Positions 7,496 to 17,230 are shown, counted from the stretch's first letter. The stretch is DNA of 64,000 nucleotides from Prochloraceae cyanobacterium (GCA_030065755.1 JASJDA010000030.1:7724-71723), one strand, 5' to 3'. The notes: generated by a model from the letters alone, not told the origin. Made by a program: numbers and translations.

Positions 7496-9994
7496 TTATT
7501 TATTTTGTTTTTGAGGTTCTAGAGCTGCTTTAGGATAGGCAATGCGTTTGTGATTAGATTGTTGCCAAACTCGTACGAAAACCTCAGCAATAATTGGTAA
7601 TTCCTCCCGTTTGAGTCCGCTATCGACTAACTGGCTATCTTGCCAGCGGGCTCTGAATATTTTGTTTACCATCACCAAAGCAGCTTCTGGGGTAGCATCT
7701 TTGAGACTGCGCAAAGCCGCCTCGCAGCCATCTGCGAGCATGACAATTCCAGTTTCGCGAGACTGGGGAACAGGTCCGTCATAACGAAAATCTGACTCCA
7801 GTATTTCTTTTATTTCTTTCTCGTCTCTTTTCTGCTTGGCTTGAAAATAAAAATAGGAAATTAGCAAAGTTCCTTGATGTTCTGGGATAAAGTCTATAAT
7901 TGTTTTTGGGACTCCATACTTTCGAGCCATTACAATTCCTTCGCTGACGTGCTTTTTAATAATTTCTGCACTTTGCCAAGGTTCGTTTATCTCGTCGTGC
8001 TTGTTAGGCCCCCCCATTTGATTTTCTATAAATCCGAGAGGATCGTGCATTTTGCCGATATCGTGGTAAAGAGTTCCCGCTCTTACCAATTCGACATTAC
8101 AGTGCAATTCTCGCGCGGCTGCTTCTGCTAGTGAAGCGACAAACATAGTGTGCTGAAAGGTTCCAGGTGCTTCTGTTGCCAGCCGCTTGAGTAGAGGTCG
8201 GTTAGGATTAGACAATTCTGCCAGACGAATTGGGGTAACTAAATCGAACAGGCGTTCTAAGTAAGGAGATATACCGAGGGCAACCACACTCCAAGCTACA
8301 CCTGAAAGACCGCAAAATACTGCTCTTTCGAGGACTGCGTGCCAAATTGTCGTTCCTACGGTAGCAGCGCCAATTAAATTAATAATTAAGTAGAATCCTC
8401 CTTGAGTCAAACCTACTGCACCGCCTAACAAAGCCATTTCTTCCCGCGATCGCAGTTTTCCTGCCATTGAAGCTGCTACGAGTCCCCCAGCCGTACCTGA
8501 AATCAAATTATTCCACCAGTCAAAAGCACCTTCGTTAATTTGACTCAGACTTACTAATCCTGTTAAAAGACTAACTTGAGTGACCGCTAAAGTCGGACTG
8601 TAAAAACTGCTTACTAAAAAACCCAGAGCTGGTAAATTGGTGTAGGGAACTCCAAAAATAGCCAAAAGCGGAGCGCTAGAGCTAAATAAAGATAGCAGTA
8701 GGCGATCGCGACAGCGAATATTGGGGTGTACTCTTCTTTCGATCGCCCAGAAAATGCCTATTGCACCCGATACGATAACGCCTGATAAGGCGAGAGCTTC
8801 CCATTTGATGCGGCGATTGCTATAGCCAAAACCGTCGAGCAAGACAAAATCTTCTTGAGTAATTGTCTCTCCAGCCTTAACAATTATTTCTCCTTTCTCG
8901 ATCGCTACAATTACTGGTTCTACTTTTCTCGCTGCTTCTTCTGCAGCCTTCTTCATCGCTTCTCGATCTTCGGTCAAGTTAGGTTGCAAAATCTGTCCCA
9001 ACATCTTCTTAGCCGTAGATTTGGTGACATCTGGAACTACATTTGTTACTTGTATGGCGATCGTATCTCTAATTAGACTATCGGGTAATCCTTCGGGAAT
9101 GCCTTGAGTCAAAATTCTCTGGGATGCTCGTTCGATTCCCTTTTTTGTGAGCTCCCACTCCGAGTCCGCTAAATTGAGGAACATTAATTTTTCTTCCCTA
9201 CTCAATTTAGTCACTTGCTCTTGTGACAATTTAGCTACTGCGCGAATATATTCTTGACGGGCTTTAGAAATTTCTAGTTTTAGGGACTCAAATTCTAATT
9301 CTGAAACAGAATTGTGATAATTTTGTAATTCGCTAATTGCTTTTTGTATTGGTTTAGTTAATTCTTTTTTAGTCTTCTGAGATAACCAGAATCCTGGAGC
9401 TTTTGGGGTTACTTCTCGATCGTACTCTAATACTGCGAGGATCGTTTGCCACTCCCACTCTTCACTTTCGCGTATATAAGTTTGACTGGATAAAGGGAGA
9501 ATCTTGACATCGGCAAAGGGAAAAGGTCCAGCTATTTTTCTCAGTTGTTCTACCCGATCTAGATATGAAGCTATCTTGTCTTGTATTGCTTTAGTAATTT
9601 TATGGTTATGTTCGAGAATTTGATAATCTCCATTTAGCTTCTTATAGCGCTTTTCTTGTGTAGTTTTTTCATCGACAAATTCAGCATTTCTCGGAGCTAT
9701 AAAAGTTTCAGGAGATATAGTATCTACTACTAATTGGGGATGATTGTAGAAGCGGTAACCCACAACGCTTGTCAGGGATACGATCGCCACCATCAACATT
9801 AGGGGCGAGCGAAATTTTTTGAAGTAGCTATTAGACGTTATTTTTCTACTGTTCGGCTTTTCTTTTGGTATCGACCATCTTTTTACCAGCCTTGAGGTTA
9901 GAGCCACCTTACGCGTGAAACCAAAGCTTCTTGAATGGTACCTGCGCTTCCATTGTTTTATAATTTGCTGAGTCAGTAGCTGTAAGCTTTTCAT
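7496..9994 (-). CDS. 7TM-receptor HD-domain phosphohydrolase (PgpH/YqfF-like HDIG protein)
   Basis: 832 aa. One N-terminal TM segment, a large extracytoplasmic region, a cluster of about 7 TM helices (residues ~400-590), and a C-terminal HD domain with the HDIGK motif (GTLYHDIGKMHDPLGFIENQ). Confidence 0.85.
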   Translation of the reverse strand: MKSLQLLTQQIIKQWKRRYHSRSFGFTRKVALTSRLVKRWSIPKEKPNSRKITSNSYFKKFRSPLMLMVAIVSLTSVVGYRFYNHPQLVVDTISPETFIAPRNAEFVDEKTTQEKRYKKLNGDYQILEHNHKITKAIQDKIASYLDRVEQLRKIAGPFPFADVKILPLSSQTYIRESEEWEWQTILAVLEYDREVTPKAPGFWLSQKTKKELTKPIQKAISELQNYHNSVSELEFESLKLEISKARQEYIRAVAKLSQEQVTKLSREEKLMFLNLADSEWELTKKGIERASQRILTQGIPEGLPDSLIRDTIAIQVTNVVPDVTKSTAKKMLGQILQPNLTEDREAMKKAAEEAARKVEPVIVAIEKGEIIVKAGETITQEDFVLLDGFGYSNRRIKWEALALSGVIVSGAIGIFWAIERRVHPNIRCRDRLLLSLFSSSAPLLAIFGVPYTNLPALGFLVSSFYSPTLAVTQVSLLTGLVSLSQINEGAFDWWNNLISGTAGGLVAASMAGKLRSREEMALLGGAVGLTQGGFYLIINLIGAATVGTTIWHAVLERAVFCGLSGVAWSVVALGISPYLERLFDLVTPIRLAELSNPNRPLLKRLATEAPGTFQHTMFVASLAEAAARELHCNVELVRAGTLYHDIGKMHDPLGFIENQMGGPNKHDEINEPWQSAEIIKKHVSEGIVMARKYGVPKTIIDFIPEHQGTLLISYFYFQAKQKRDEKEIKEILESDFRYDGPVPQSRETGIVMLADGCEAALRSLKDATPEAALVMVNKIFRARWQDSQLVDSGLKREELPIIAEVFVRVWQQSNHKRIAYPKAALEPQKQNK

Positions 9995-10140
9995 GGTGTG
10001 TGAGGGTTATTGCGAGCAGTAGTTAGATGCTTCTAATTCCGGTCTCCCCATTGGGAATAAAGTTTTTTTCAAACATATTTGGCTGGCTAGATTTTTTTAT
10101 GCTTATTTCTACATTATGTACGCAACTCGGATCTATATGG

Positions 10141-11049
10141 TTATTTTTCTTGGGAAATAATTTTAAGTGAGGAGCGCGGTTGAACGATCTGAGGTGCTGC
10201 AACTGCGGCATAGCTGGGTATTTTATTGCTACTGGGTTGATACACTCCCGACCAAAGAGAAAAAAGCTCTTTTGCTTTGTTATCGATCGCGTGAAGATCA
10301 CTTTGTTTTTGGCAATAAATACGCCAGTTTATAGGTATGCCATTAATACTATTATATGCTCCTGCTATGGCACCTACTAAAGCTGGGGTTATATTAGTTT
10401 GAAAATTGCTGTTTTTGGCACGAAGTAAACAAAGACGAAAATCTTCTCTCGTGTAGTTAAAACAGTAGATAGCTAGGGCGATCGCCCCTCTATCTGGCTG
10501 GTTTTGACGAGATAAATAGCTAACAATTTTCTCTAAGCTAGTACCTTCCTTTGAATATCTTTCTACGGCCTCAATTTCTGGCGCTAAATGAGTTTTGGCT
10601 ATTGGTGTTTTTTGGATAGTTTCAAAGAGCGATATGTCTCGAACTGATTTTTCTTTCACGATAGCGGCGAGAAAGTATGCCCATACTAAAAGATATTCTG
10701 ACGTTTCGGCAGAAACATCGCACATTTTTAATATCTGTGTTAACTTTTCTGTTAATAAGCTGGTACTTTCGTGAAAAAGTAAGACCACGGGGGCGATCGC
10801 TATGGCAATTTCCCTACAAGAGTCGAAATTTTTCCCATTTAATTTCTCAACATTTCTGTTTTGAAGTTTTTGCCAATTGGTTCGGGTTAGTTTGTCCGAC
10901 CCGTACAAGATCTCGGCTAACTCTATTCCCATCTCAGTCCAACTCCCCTGCTTTTGCTGGGTTAGTTTTGGATAACTGTTCGAGAAGTTTTCGCCTAAAT
11001 AGCTGCCTATTAAGGCACCTTGAAACCTTAAAACCAGGGAGTAACCCAT
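10141..11049 (-). CDS. ADP-ribosylglycohydrolase-family protein (probably non-catalytic variant)
   Basis: 302 aa. The N-terminal GALIGSYLGENF and C-terminal TPALVGAIAGAYNSINGIPINW follow the ARH/DraG pattern. The usual metal-binding Asp positions (GDALG, GGDTDT) read GENF and NFQTNIT. Confidence 0.6.
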   Translation of the reverse strand: MGYSLVLRFQGALIGSYLGENFSNSYPKLTQQKQGSWTEMGIELAEILYGSDKLTRTNWQKLQNRNVEKLNGKNFDSCREIAIAIAPVVLLFHESTSLLTEKLTQILKMCDVSAETSEYLLVWAYFLAAIVKEKSVRDISLFETIQKTPIAKTHLAPEIEAVERYSKEGTSLEKIVSYLSRQNQPDRGAIALAIYCFNYTREDFRLCLLRAKNSNFQTNITPALVGAIAGAYNSINGIPINWRIYCQKQSDLHAIDNKAKELFSLWSGVYQPSSNKIPSYAAVAAPQIVQPRSSLKIISQEK

Positions 11050-11120
11050 GAAAACTTAAGAATAAAAATACTGCGAGTGACCTTATCTTGACATTAATAC
11101 TTAATTTATTTTTAAGCTAC

Positions 11121-11825
11121 TTATTCAGAAGATTTTTGAGTGCGAGCGACCCATTTTGCCCACAAATCGGGACGGCGCTCTTTTGTGCGTTTAATTTGCT
11201 CGTTTTGTCGCCACAGATCTATTTCTCGATGATTTCCCGATCTCAATACTTTGGGAACCTCCCAATCTCGAAAAACTGGAGGTCTAGTATATTGAGGATA
11301 GTCTAGCAATTCTGTCTCGAAGCTCTCGGCTTTAAGAGATTCTACTTTACCTACGGTACCTGGCAGCAATCTTACCACCCCATTAATCAAAGCCAGTGCC
11401 GGAATTTCGCCACAAGTCAAAACAAAATCTCCCAAAGATATTTCTCTATCGACTAAATGGCGAACTCTTTCGTCTACCCCTTCATAATGACCGCAGATCG
11501 TAATGAGCCGATCGTAATTACTGGCTAACTCCTGCAATAATTTTTGATTTAGAGGTTCGCCTTGGGGGGTTAGGAGAATAATCTCACTTCTGGGTAAAAT
11601 AGAGAGTGACTCAACCGCAGCAAAAATTGGCTCTGGTTTTAGTAACATCCCCACGCCACCGCCATAAGGTTCGTCGTCAACCCGCCGATGTTTGTCCGTA
11701 GTAAAATCTCTAGGATTAATCAAATTAACCTCGGCAATTTTCTTGGCTAGAGCTTTGCCCAATAATCCACTGGCAAGGGGAGACGTAAAAAAATCTGGAA
11801 ATAATGTTATGACATCGAAGCGCAC
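11121..11825 (-). CDS. trmD: tRNA (guanine37-N1)-methyltransferase
   Basis: 234 aa. MRFDVITLFPDFF N-terminus, YGGGVGMLLKPEP and LTCGEIPA motifs typical of TrmD. Confidence 0.95.
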   Translation of the reverse strand: MRFDVITLFPDFFTSPLASGLLGKALAKKIAEVNLINPRDFTTDKHRRVDDEPYGGGVGMLLKPEPIFAAVESLSILPRSEIILLTPQGEPLNQKLLQELASNYDRLITICGHYEGVDERVRHLVDREISLGDFVLTCGEIPALALINGVVRLLPGTVGKVESLKAESFETELLDYPQYTRPPVFRDWEVPKVLRSGNHREIDLWRQNEQIKRTKERRPDLWAKWVARTQKSSE

Positions 11826-12144
11826 AAAAATATTTGACTTTCTCGGTTAGATTGTTCATTATAACCTAAAATAGTATGATTATCTAGATATCAAAAACAC
11901 GGATATAAACTCAATTGTCCTAGATTAATTGAGAATAAAGTTGGATTTCCCTCCCCACCACTGGCAAAAAAACGGCGAGACCTCGCGTTGGCGAAAGGGT
12001 CGCGCCCGCGCTGAGGTGCCCTCAGCGTATAGGACGCACCAAGCAGACGCACTGAGTAGCTCGCCAAGACAAACTAAAATTTTCCGATAGTGTCCTTTCA
12101 TCGAGAATATGCTGCAATTAGAGAATAAATCCCCTACAAGCCAA

Positions 12145-12960
12145 ATGCATCGATCGACGAAAACTGCCATTATGGTGATTGGCGGCGCAGAAGATAAAGT
12201 TCACGGGCGGGAAATACTGTCCACTTTTTTTGCTCGTGCTGGCGGCACAGAAGCAATGTTAGCGATCGTTCCTTCAGCATCTAGAGAACCTACACTGATA
12301 GGAGACAGATACCAGCAAATATTTGAAGAAATGGGTGCCAAGAAAATCGAAGTCTTAGACATACGCGATCGCGCCCAAAGTGAAGACACCTATTTCCAAG
12401 AATATATAGAAAATTGTACGGGCGTATTCTTGACAGGAGGGGATCAGCTAAGACTGTGCGGATTATTAGCAGATACTCCCTTAATGGATAGAATGCGCAA
12501 AAGAGTACAATTAGGAGAGATTACCATCGCGGGAACCAGCGCCGGAGCTGCTGTGATGGGGCATCACATGATAGCAGGCGGAGGAAGTGGGGAATCCCCC
12601 AATCGCGCCCTGGTAGACATGGCAATGGGACTGGCAATAATACCAGAAGTAATAGTAGATCAACACTTCCACAACCGCAACCGCATGGCTCGATTGCTGT
12701 CGGCAATTTCGGTTAATCCCGAACGCTTGGGAGTAGGCATAGATGAAGATACCTGTGCAATTTTCGAGCAAGATGAAATGCTGCGAGTAATAGGAAGAGG
12801 AACTGTTACTATTATTAATGCCAAAGAAATGTCCTACACCAACCAAAAGCAAGTAAGTGCTAACGATCCCCTCAGCATTCAAAATCTGCGCGTACACATT
12901 TTGTGCCACGGAGATGCCTATAACCTGCAAAAAGATCGACCGATATCAGCTAATGGATAA
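12145..12960 (+). CDS. cphB: cyanophycinase
   Basis: Collinear with Synechocystis CphB (IGGAEDKVHGREIL, GTSAGAAVMGHHMIAGG, VDQHFHNRNRMARLLSAIS). Start placed at the second in-frame ATG by comparison with CphB N-termini; the longest ORF starts at 12109. Lies directly upstream of cphA. Confidence 0.93.
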   Translation: MHRSTKTAIMVIGGAEDKVHGREILSTFFARAGGTEAMLAIVPSASREPTLIGDRYQQIFEEMGAKKIEVLDIRDRAQSEDTYFQEYIENCTGVFLTGGDQLRLCGLLADTPLMDRMRKRVQLGEITIAGTSAGAAVMGHHMIAGGGSGESPNRALVDMAMGLAIIPEVIVDQHFHNRNRMARLLSAISVNPERLGVGIDEDTCAIFEQDEMLRVIGRGTVTIINAKEMSYTNQKQVSANDPLSIQNLRVHILCHGDAYNLQKDRPISANG

Positions 12961-13090
12961 TAACTAGCAAATCTGGAAATGATTAAAAAAGTCTTAGTGG
13001 TAAACAGTTTAGCTGCAATATAGAGCGAGATCGTAGAAAATAGCAAAGCAAATGCTTCCAAGTCCGCGATCGCGTTAAATACCAGCAACC

Positions 13091-15727
13091 ATGAAAATTC
13101 TCAAAACCCAAACCCTACGAGGGCCGAATTATTGGAGTATTCGGCGTCAAAAATTAATTGTCATGCGTCTCGACTTGGAGGATCTAAAAGAGAAAACCTC
13201 CAACGAGATCGAAGGTTTCTACGAAGGATTGGTAAAAATACTGCCAAGCTTAGAGGAACACTTTTGTTCCCCAGGTAAGCGCGGTGGCTTTTTGCAGCGA
13301 CTTCGAGAAGGCACCATGATGGGTCACGTGGTCGAACACGTAGCTCTCGAACTCCAAGAATTAACTGGTATGCCAGTAGGATTTGGTCGCACCAGGGAAA
13401 CATCGACTCCAGGCGTTTATAACGTAGTATTTGAATACATCGAAGAACAAGCAGGACGCTACGCAGGCAGAGCCGCAGTCAGATTGTGTAAAGCTATTGT
13501 CAATAATGGAAGCTATTCACAAGAAGAATTCGACCAAGATATAGCAGACCTCAAAGACTTATGCGCCAATTTCTCTCTAGGCCCTTCTACGGAGACAATT
13601 ATTAGTGAAGCTGAGGCACGCCAAATTCCTTGGCTGAGTCTGTCGGCTCGGGCTATGCTCCAACTGGGTTATGGAGTTAACCAAAAAAGATTTCAGGCAA
13701 CTTTAACTGGATGTTCGGGAATTTTAGGGGTAGAACTAGCTTGCGATAAAGAAGGAACTAAAAATATCCTCAGCCAAGCAGGAATACCAGTACCTCAGGG
13801 AACAGTAATTCAATATCTCGACGACTTAGAAAACGCCATAGAAGATGTAGGCGGCTATCCGATCGTCATTAAACCCCTCGATGGGAATCACGGAAGGGGC
13901 ATAACTATTAATATTAACAGTTGGGAAGAAGCTGAAGTTGCTTACGATTTGGCACAAGCAGCCAGCAAAACTCATTCGGTAATTGTCGAACGTTTCTATC
14001 GCGGTAGCGATCACCGAGTGCTGGTGATTAATGGCAAATTAGTTGCTGTAGCCGAAAGAATTCCAGCCCACGTAATAGGCGATGGCAGATCGACCATTTC
14101 TCAACTAATTGAAATGGTTAATAAGGATCCAAATCGAGGAGAAGGACACGATCGCGTTTTGACCAAAATCAAGATCGATCCCACCTCCACAGCCGTATTA
14201 AAAAAGCAAGGCTATGCTATGGATACAGTACTGCCTGAAGATAAAATTGCTTTCTTGAGAGCTACAGCTAATCTCAGCACTGGAGGCATAGCCATAGACC
14301 GCACTGACGAGATCCACCCCGAAAATGTCTGGATAGCAGAGCGAGTTGCTAAAATTATCGGCTTAGATATTGCAGGGATAGATGTAGTAACTCAAGATAT
14401 TAGTAAGCCATTGCGGGAAGTAGAGGGAGTTATAGTAGAGGTTAATGCTGCTCCTGGATTTAGGATGCACGTGGCTCCCAGCCGAGGTTTGCCCCGCAAT
14501 GTGGCTGCTCCAGTTTTGGATATGCTGTTTCCTAGTGGAACTTCTAGCCGCGTTCCGATTATTGCTATTACTGGAACTAATGGTAAAACTACTACTACTC
14601 GCATAACCGCCCATATCTGGCGGCAAACAGGCAAAGTAGTAGGCTATACCACAACTGATGGAATTTATATTAACGATTATTTAGTTGAAAAAGGAGATAA
14701 TACGGGGCCTGGTAGTGCGGGAGTAATTTTAAGAGATCCTACAGTAGAAGTGGCAGTATTAGAGACCGCTAGAGGCGGAATTCTCCGCTCGGGATTGGCT
14801 TTCGATCGCTGCGACGTAGGTGTAGTGTTAAATGTTGCCGCAGATCACCTGGGAATAGGAGACATAGACACCATCGAACAAATGGCAAGGGTCAAAGGCG
14901 TGGTAGCAGAAACCGTTAGTGCAGATGGCTATGCCGTACTCAATGCAGACGATCCTTTAGTGGCAGCAATGGCCGAGCGCGTTCGCAGTAAAGTAGCCTA
15001 TTTCTCCATGAAAGAAGATAACCCAATTGTCCACGACCACCTTCGCCGAGGCGGTTTAGCAGCATTATATGAAAATGGCTATTTATCTATATTAGAAGGA
15101 GAATGGAAGCTGCGCATCGACGAAGCCGTAAATATCCCAGTAACCATGGGAGGAATGGCTGATTTTATGATTGCTAATGCCCTAGCTGCAAGTTTAGCCG
15201 CTTTTGCTGGTGGCGTGGATATTGAAATGATTCGCTCGGGAATGAGGACTTTTAAAGCCTCCGCAAGTCAGACACCAGGAAGGATGAATCTGTTTAATCT
15301 GGGTTCGTATCACGCTTTAGTGGATTACGCTCACAACCCCGACGGTTACAAGGCAGTTGGCGGTTTCGTACTTAATTGGGAAGGGGAAAGACTTGGAGTG
15401 GTTGGAGGGCCAGGCGATCGCCGCGATGAAGATTTAATTATGTTAGGGGAAATTGCCGCTCAAATCTTCGATCGCATTATCGTTAAGGAAGACGACGACA
15501 CTAGAGGCCGATCTCGCGGTGAAACTGCCAATCTAATTGTTCGAGGGATCGAACGAAATGGTACCAAAGCTAGTTATGAGAAGATTTTAAACGAGTGTGA
15601 AGCAATTGAAGCTGGTTTAGATCGGGTCTCGAAGGGAGGTTTAGTCGTAGTTTTTCCTGAAAGTGTCAGCAGGGCGATCGCCGCCATCGAAAAACGTCAA
15701 TCTTTTAACACAAATGGTAAGGGATAA
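13091..15727 (+). CDS. cphA: cyanophycin synthetase
   Basis: 878 aa. N-terminal domain, ATP-grasp domain and Mur-ligase-like domain with P-loop (ITGTNGKTTTTR). Canonical cphB-cphA arrangement. Confidence 0.97.
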   Translation: MKILKTQTLRGPNYWSIRRQKLIVMRLDLEDLKEKTSNEIEGFYEGLVKILPSLEEHFCSPGKRGGFLQRLREGTMMGHVVEHVALELQELTGMPVGFGRTRETSTPGVYNVVFEYIEEQAGRYAGRAAVRLCKAIVNNGSYSQEEFDQDIADLKDLCANFSLGPSTETIISEAEARQIPWLSLSARAMLQLGYGVNQKRFQATLTGCSGILGVELACDKEGTKNILSQAGIPVPQGTVIQYLDDLENAIEDVGGYPIVIKPLDGNHGRGITININSWEEAEVAYDLAQAASKTHSVIVERFYRGSDHRVLVINGKLVAVAERIPAHVIGDGRSTISQLIEMVNKDPNRGEGHDRVLTKIKIDPTSTAVLKKQGYAMDTVLPEDKIAFLRATANLSTGGIAIDRTDEIHPENVWIAERVAKIIGLDIAGIDVVTQDISKPLREVEGVIVEVNAAPGFRMHVAPSRGLPRNVAAPVLDMLFPSGTSSRVPIIAITGTNGKTTTTRITAHIWRQTGKVVGYTTTDGIYINDYLVEKGDNTGPGSAGVILRDPTVEVAVLETARGGILRSGLAFDRCDVGVVLNVAADHLGIGDIDTIEQMARVKGVVAETVSADGYAVLNADDPLVAAMAERVRSKVAYFSMKEDNPIVHDHLRRGGLAALYENGYLSILEGEWKLRIDEAVNIPVTMGGMADFMIANALAASLAAFAGGVDIEMIRSGMRTFKASASQTPGRMNLFNLGSYHALVDYAHNPDGYKAVGGFVLNWEGERLGVVGGPGDRRDEDLIMLGEIAAQIFDRIIVKEDDDTRGRSRGETANLIVRGIERNGTKASYEKILNECEAIEAGLDRVSKGGLVVVFPESVSRAIAAIEKRQSFNTNGKG

Positions 15728-15745
15728 ACAAGAGGCGATTTGACA

Positions 15746-15775
15746 CTCTCTGCTCTAAAGAGACAGAGATTCTTT
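15746..15775 (+). terminator. candidate intrinsic terminator of cphA
   Basis: Imperfect hairpin ctctctgctct-aaag-agacagaga followed by ttcttt, about 20 nt after the cphA stop. The stem has one bulge and the U tract is short. Confidence 0.4.
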
Positions 15776-16231
15776 AGACGAAACCGAACATAGTTCAGTT
15801 AGAGCCATAGTAACTTCCGCGTACCACGATGTCTTTTGTACGGATAGTCGAAACTACCCAGAACACAGCAGCCCACACTTGGGTTTTCTGCAATCAAGGC
15901 GTTGCCAATTGCCCCTACTCTCTCGCTCCCGAAGGAGTCTGAGCATACTTTTAGTTTAGGTATACTTAGCCATGTTTATCTATTTTGTTTCACTCGTCCT
16001 CAAAGCAATACTAGTCTTGGCTAGTCCTAGAGTGCTTAACACCGAGTTTTGGTTTTCCCGCAACTACCTTTTAACTAGAGTGTCCATGTACTAGGAGTTT
16101 CACCGTCAATTCAGGGGTCTTCGCGACTTGCTCAGTACAAGTATTCTACCAGATTTCACGCTTCGGCTAAAGCCGTTCCACTGTTGTTCCTCTTCGGGCT
16201 AAAGCCACGAAGTTTCCCAACTACGTTTCTC

Positions 16232-16462
16232 ATGAACTCTTTAAGGGGATTTTCTCGCGCTTTGTTCGATCCCCAATTAAGACCTACAGCCCTAAAAGTA
16301 GCGGCGATCGTCGGTTCCATTTTATTCGCCATTAATCACGGTTCGGCACTATTTCAAGGAAAAATGACCCGCCAAAGATGGATTTCTGGATTACTGACCT
16401 ATTTGGTTCCTTATATTGTTAATATTCACGGCCAGTATATCAGCCGCAACCGAAAACGTTAA
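16232..16462 (+). CDS. nrtS: NrtS-like small membrane protein (putative nitrate/nitrite transporter family)
   Basis: ORF trimmed to Met17. Two hydrophobic helices and the motif FAINHGSALFQGKMTRQRWISGLLTYLVPYIVNIHGQY, which I recall as characteristic of the NrtS family. Confidence 0.55.
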   Translation: MNSLRGFSRALFDPQLRPTALKVAAIVGSILFAINHGSALFQGKMTRQRWISGLLTYLVPYIVNIHGQYISRNRKR

Positions 16463-16513
16463 AAATAGCTCGATAGGTTTGGCGCGATCGCTATCTTGAC
16501 TCGATTCGATCGG

Positions 16514-17059
16514 CTAGTCCACAAAAATGTCTTGAATGTCGATCGCAATATCACGAAACGCTACAGGAGATATTTTTCCAGTAGCATACTCTTTTTTGCT
16601 TTGATAATTGCCATTAATTGGTTGTCGAAAAACAGTTAACTTTTTAGCTTTAATATCCACAACCCAATATTCTTGTATTAAAGCACGAGCATAGACAAGT
16701 TTCTTCTCGCCTAGATCGTATGAGAGAGTAGTGTCGGATATTTCGATCGACAAGTAAATATCTTCAGGGTAAGGATGGCGATCTCGATAAAGAGAGCTAG
16801 GTAGTTTAACTACTGCAATATCTGGTTCTGGTTCTGAAGCTATAAGTGTAATTGGATGGGCTTCTCTAACTTTCGCTTTATCCCGCAGAAGAGAACGGAG
16901 AATTTCCGCAAGTCTATCTGTAGTGGATGCGTGAAATGAACCTTCAGGACTCATCTCAATTATTTCTCCGTTTAATAGTTCCACCCTTCGCTCATTTAAA
17001 ATTCCCGCTTTAATCATTCTATGGTAGTCGTCTATTGACCACTTAGCTTTGGTTATCAT
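16514..17059 (-). CDS. Uma2-family (DUF820) PD-(D/E)xK endonuclease-like protein
   Basis: Trimmed to Met15 (MITKAKWSIDDYHRMIKAGIL..). Typical Uma2 pattern: RVELLNGEIIEMSPEG, PDIAVV, LSIEISDTTLSYDLGEKKLVYARALIQEYWVVD. Confidence 0.85.
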   Translation of the reverse strand: MITKAKWSIDDYHRMIKAGILNERRVELLNGEIIEMSPEGSFHASTTDRLAEILRSLLRDKAKVREAHPITLIASEPEPDIAVVKLPSSLYRDRHPYPEDIYLSIEISDTTLSYDLGEKKLVYARALIQEYWVVDIKAKKLTVFRQPINGNYQSKKEYATGKISPVAFRDIAIDIQDIFVD

Positions 17060-17230
17060 TACCGAACTTCCAGGGCTTTTAATACAGGTATACTGCCACA
17101 CAATAAAGAAGTTTTCTTGTCAAGTTAAAAAAAATTAATTTTTCTTTTTTTTTGTATCTTATACAGGAAAAATGGCTCTTTATAACTTATAAAATTTTAG
17201 CGATTAAAATTTGTGGTAGAGGAGTAGAAC

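Noticed and set aside
11925-12170. 81-aa minus-strand ORF spanning the trmD-cphB spacer.
   Set aside because: It overlaps the cphB start and runs through the GC-rich hairpin block. Its composition (Cys/Trp/Arg-rich) is implausible, and the block is better explained as structured non-coding DNA or RNA.
12201-15000. Numerous 60-140-aa ORFs antisense to or out of frame within cphB, cphA, clpB, htpG, gyrA, the pentapeptide gene and others (for example 12511..12930, 14363..14626, 26504..26899, 47449..47772, 49351..49650).
   Set aside because: They lie entirely inside long, well-supported genes, with compositions mirroring the sense-strand codon bias. They are treated as shadow ORFs.
16135-16149. 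NtcA-like site GTACAAGTATTCTAC upstream of the nrtS-like gene.
   Set aside because: The spacing is GTA-N9-TAC, not the canonical GTA-N8-TAC, and no suitably placed -10 box was identified.
15780-16231. Possible tmRNA, RNase P RNA, cobalamin or glutamine riboswitch in the cphA-nrtS spacer. The minus strand contains GGGCUGCUG..GGUAGUUUCGAC, GGUGAAACUCC and CCGAAGAGGAAC-like strings.
   Set aside because: No tRNA-like T-arm or CCA end and no plausible tag ORF were found. The RNase P GAGGAAAGUCC and ACAGAACCCGGCUUA boxes are absent, as is the GCCACUG B12 box in the right context. The glutamine-riboswitch-like strings are on the strand that leads into the 3' end of cphA. The region is kept only as an unclassified candidate (see findings).
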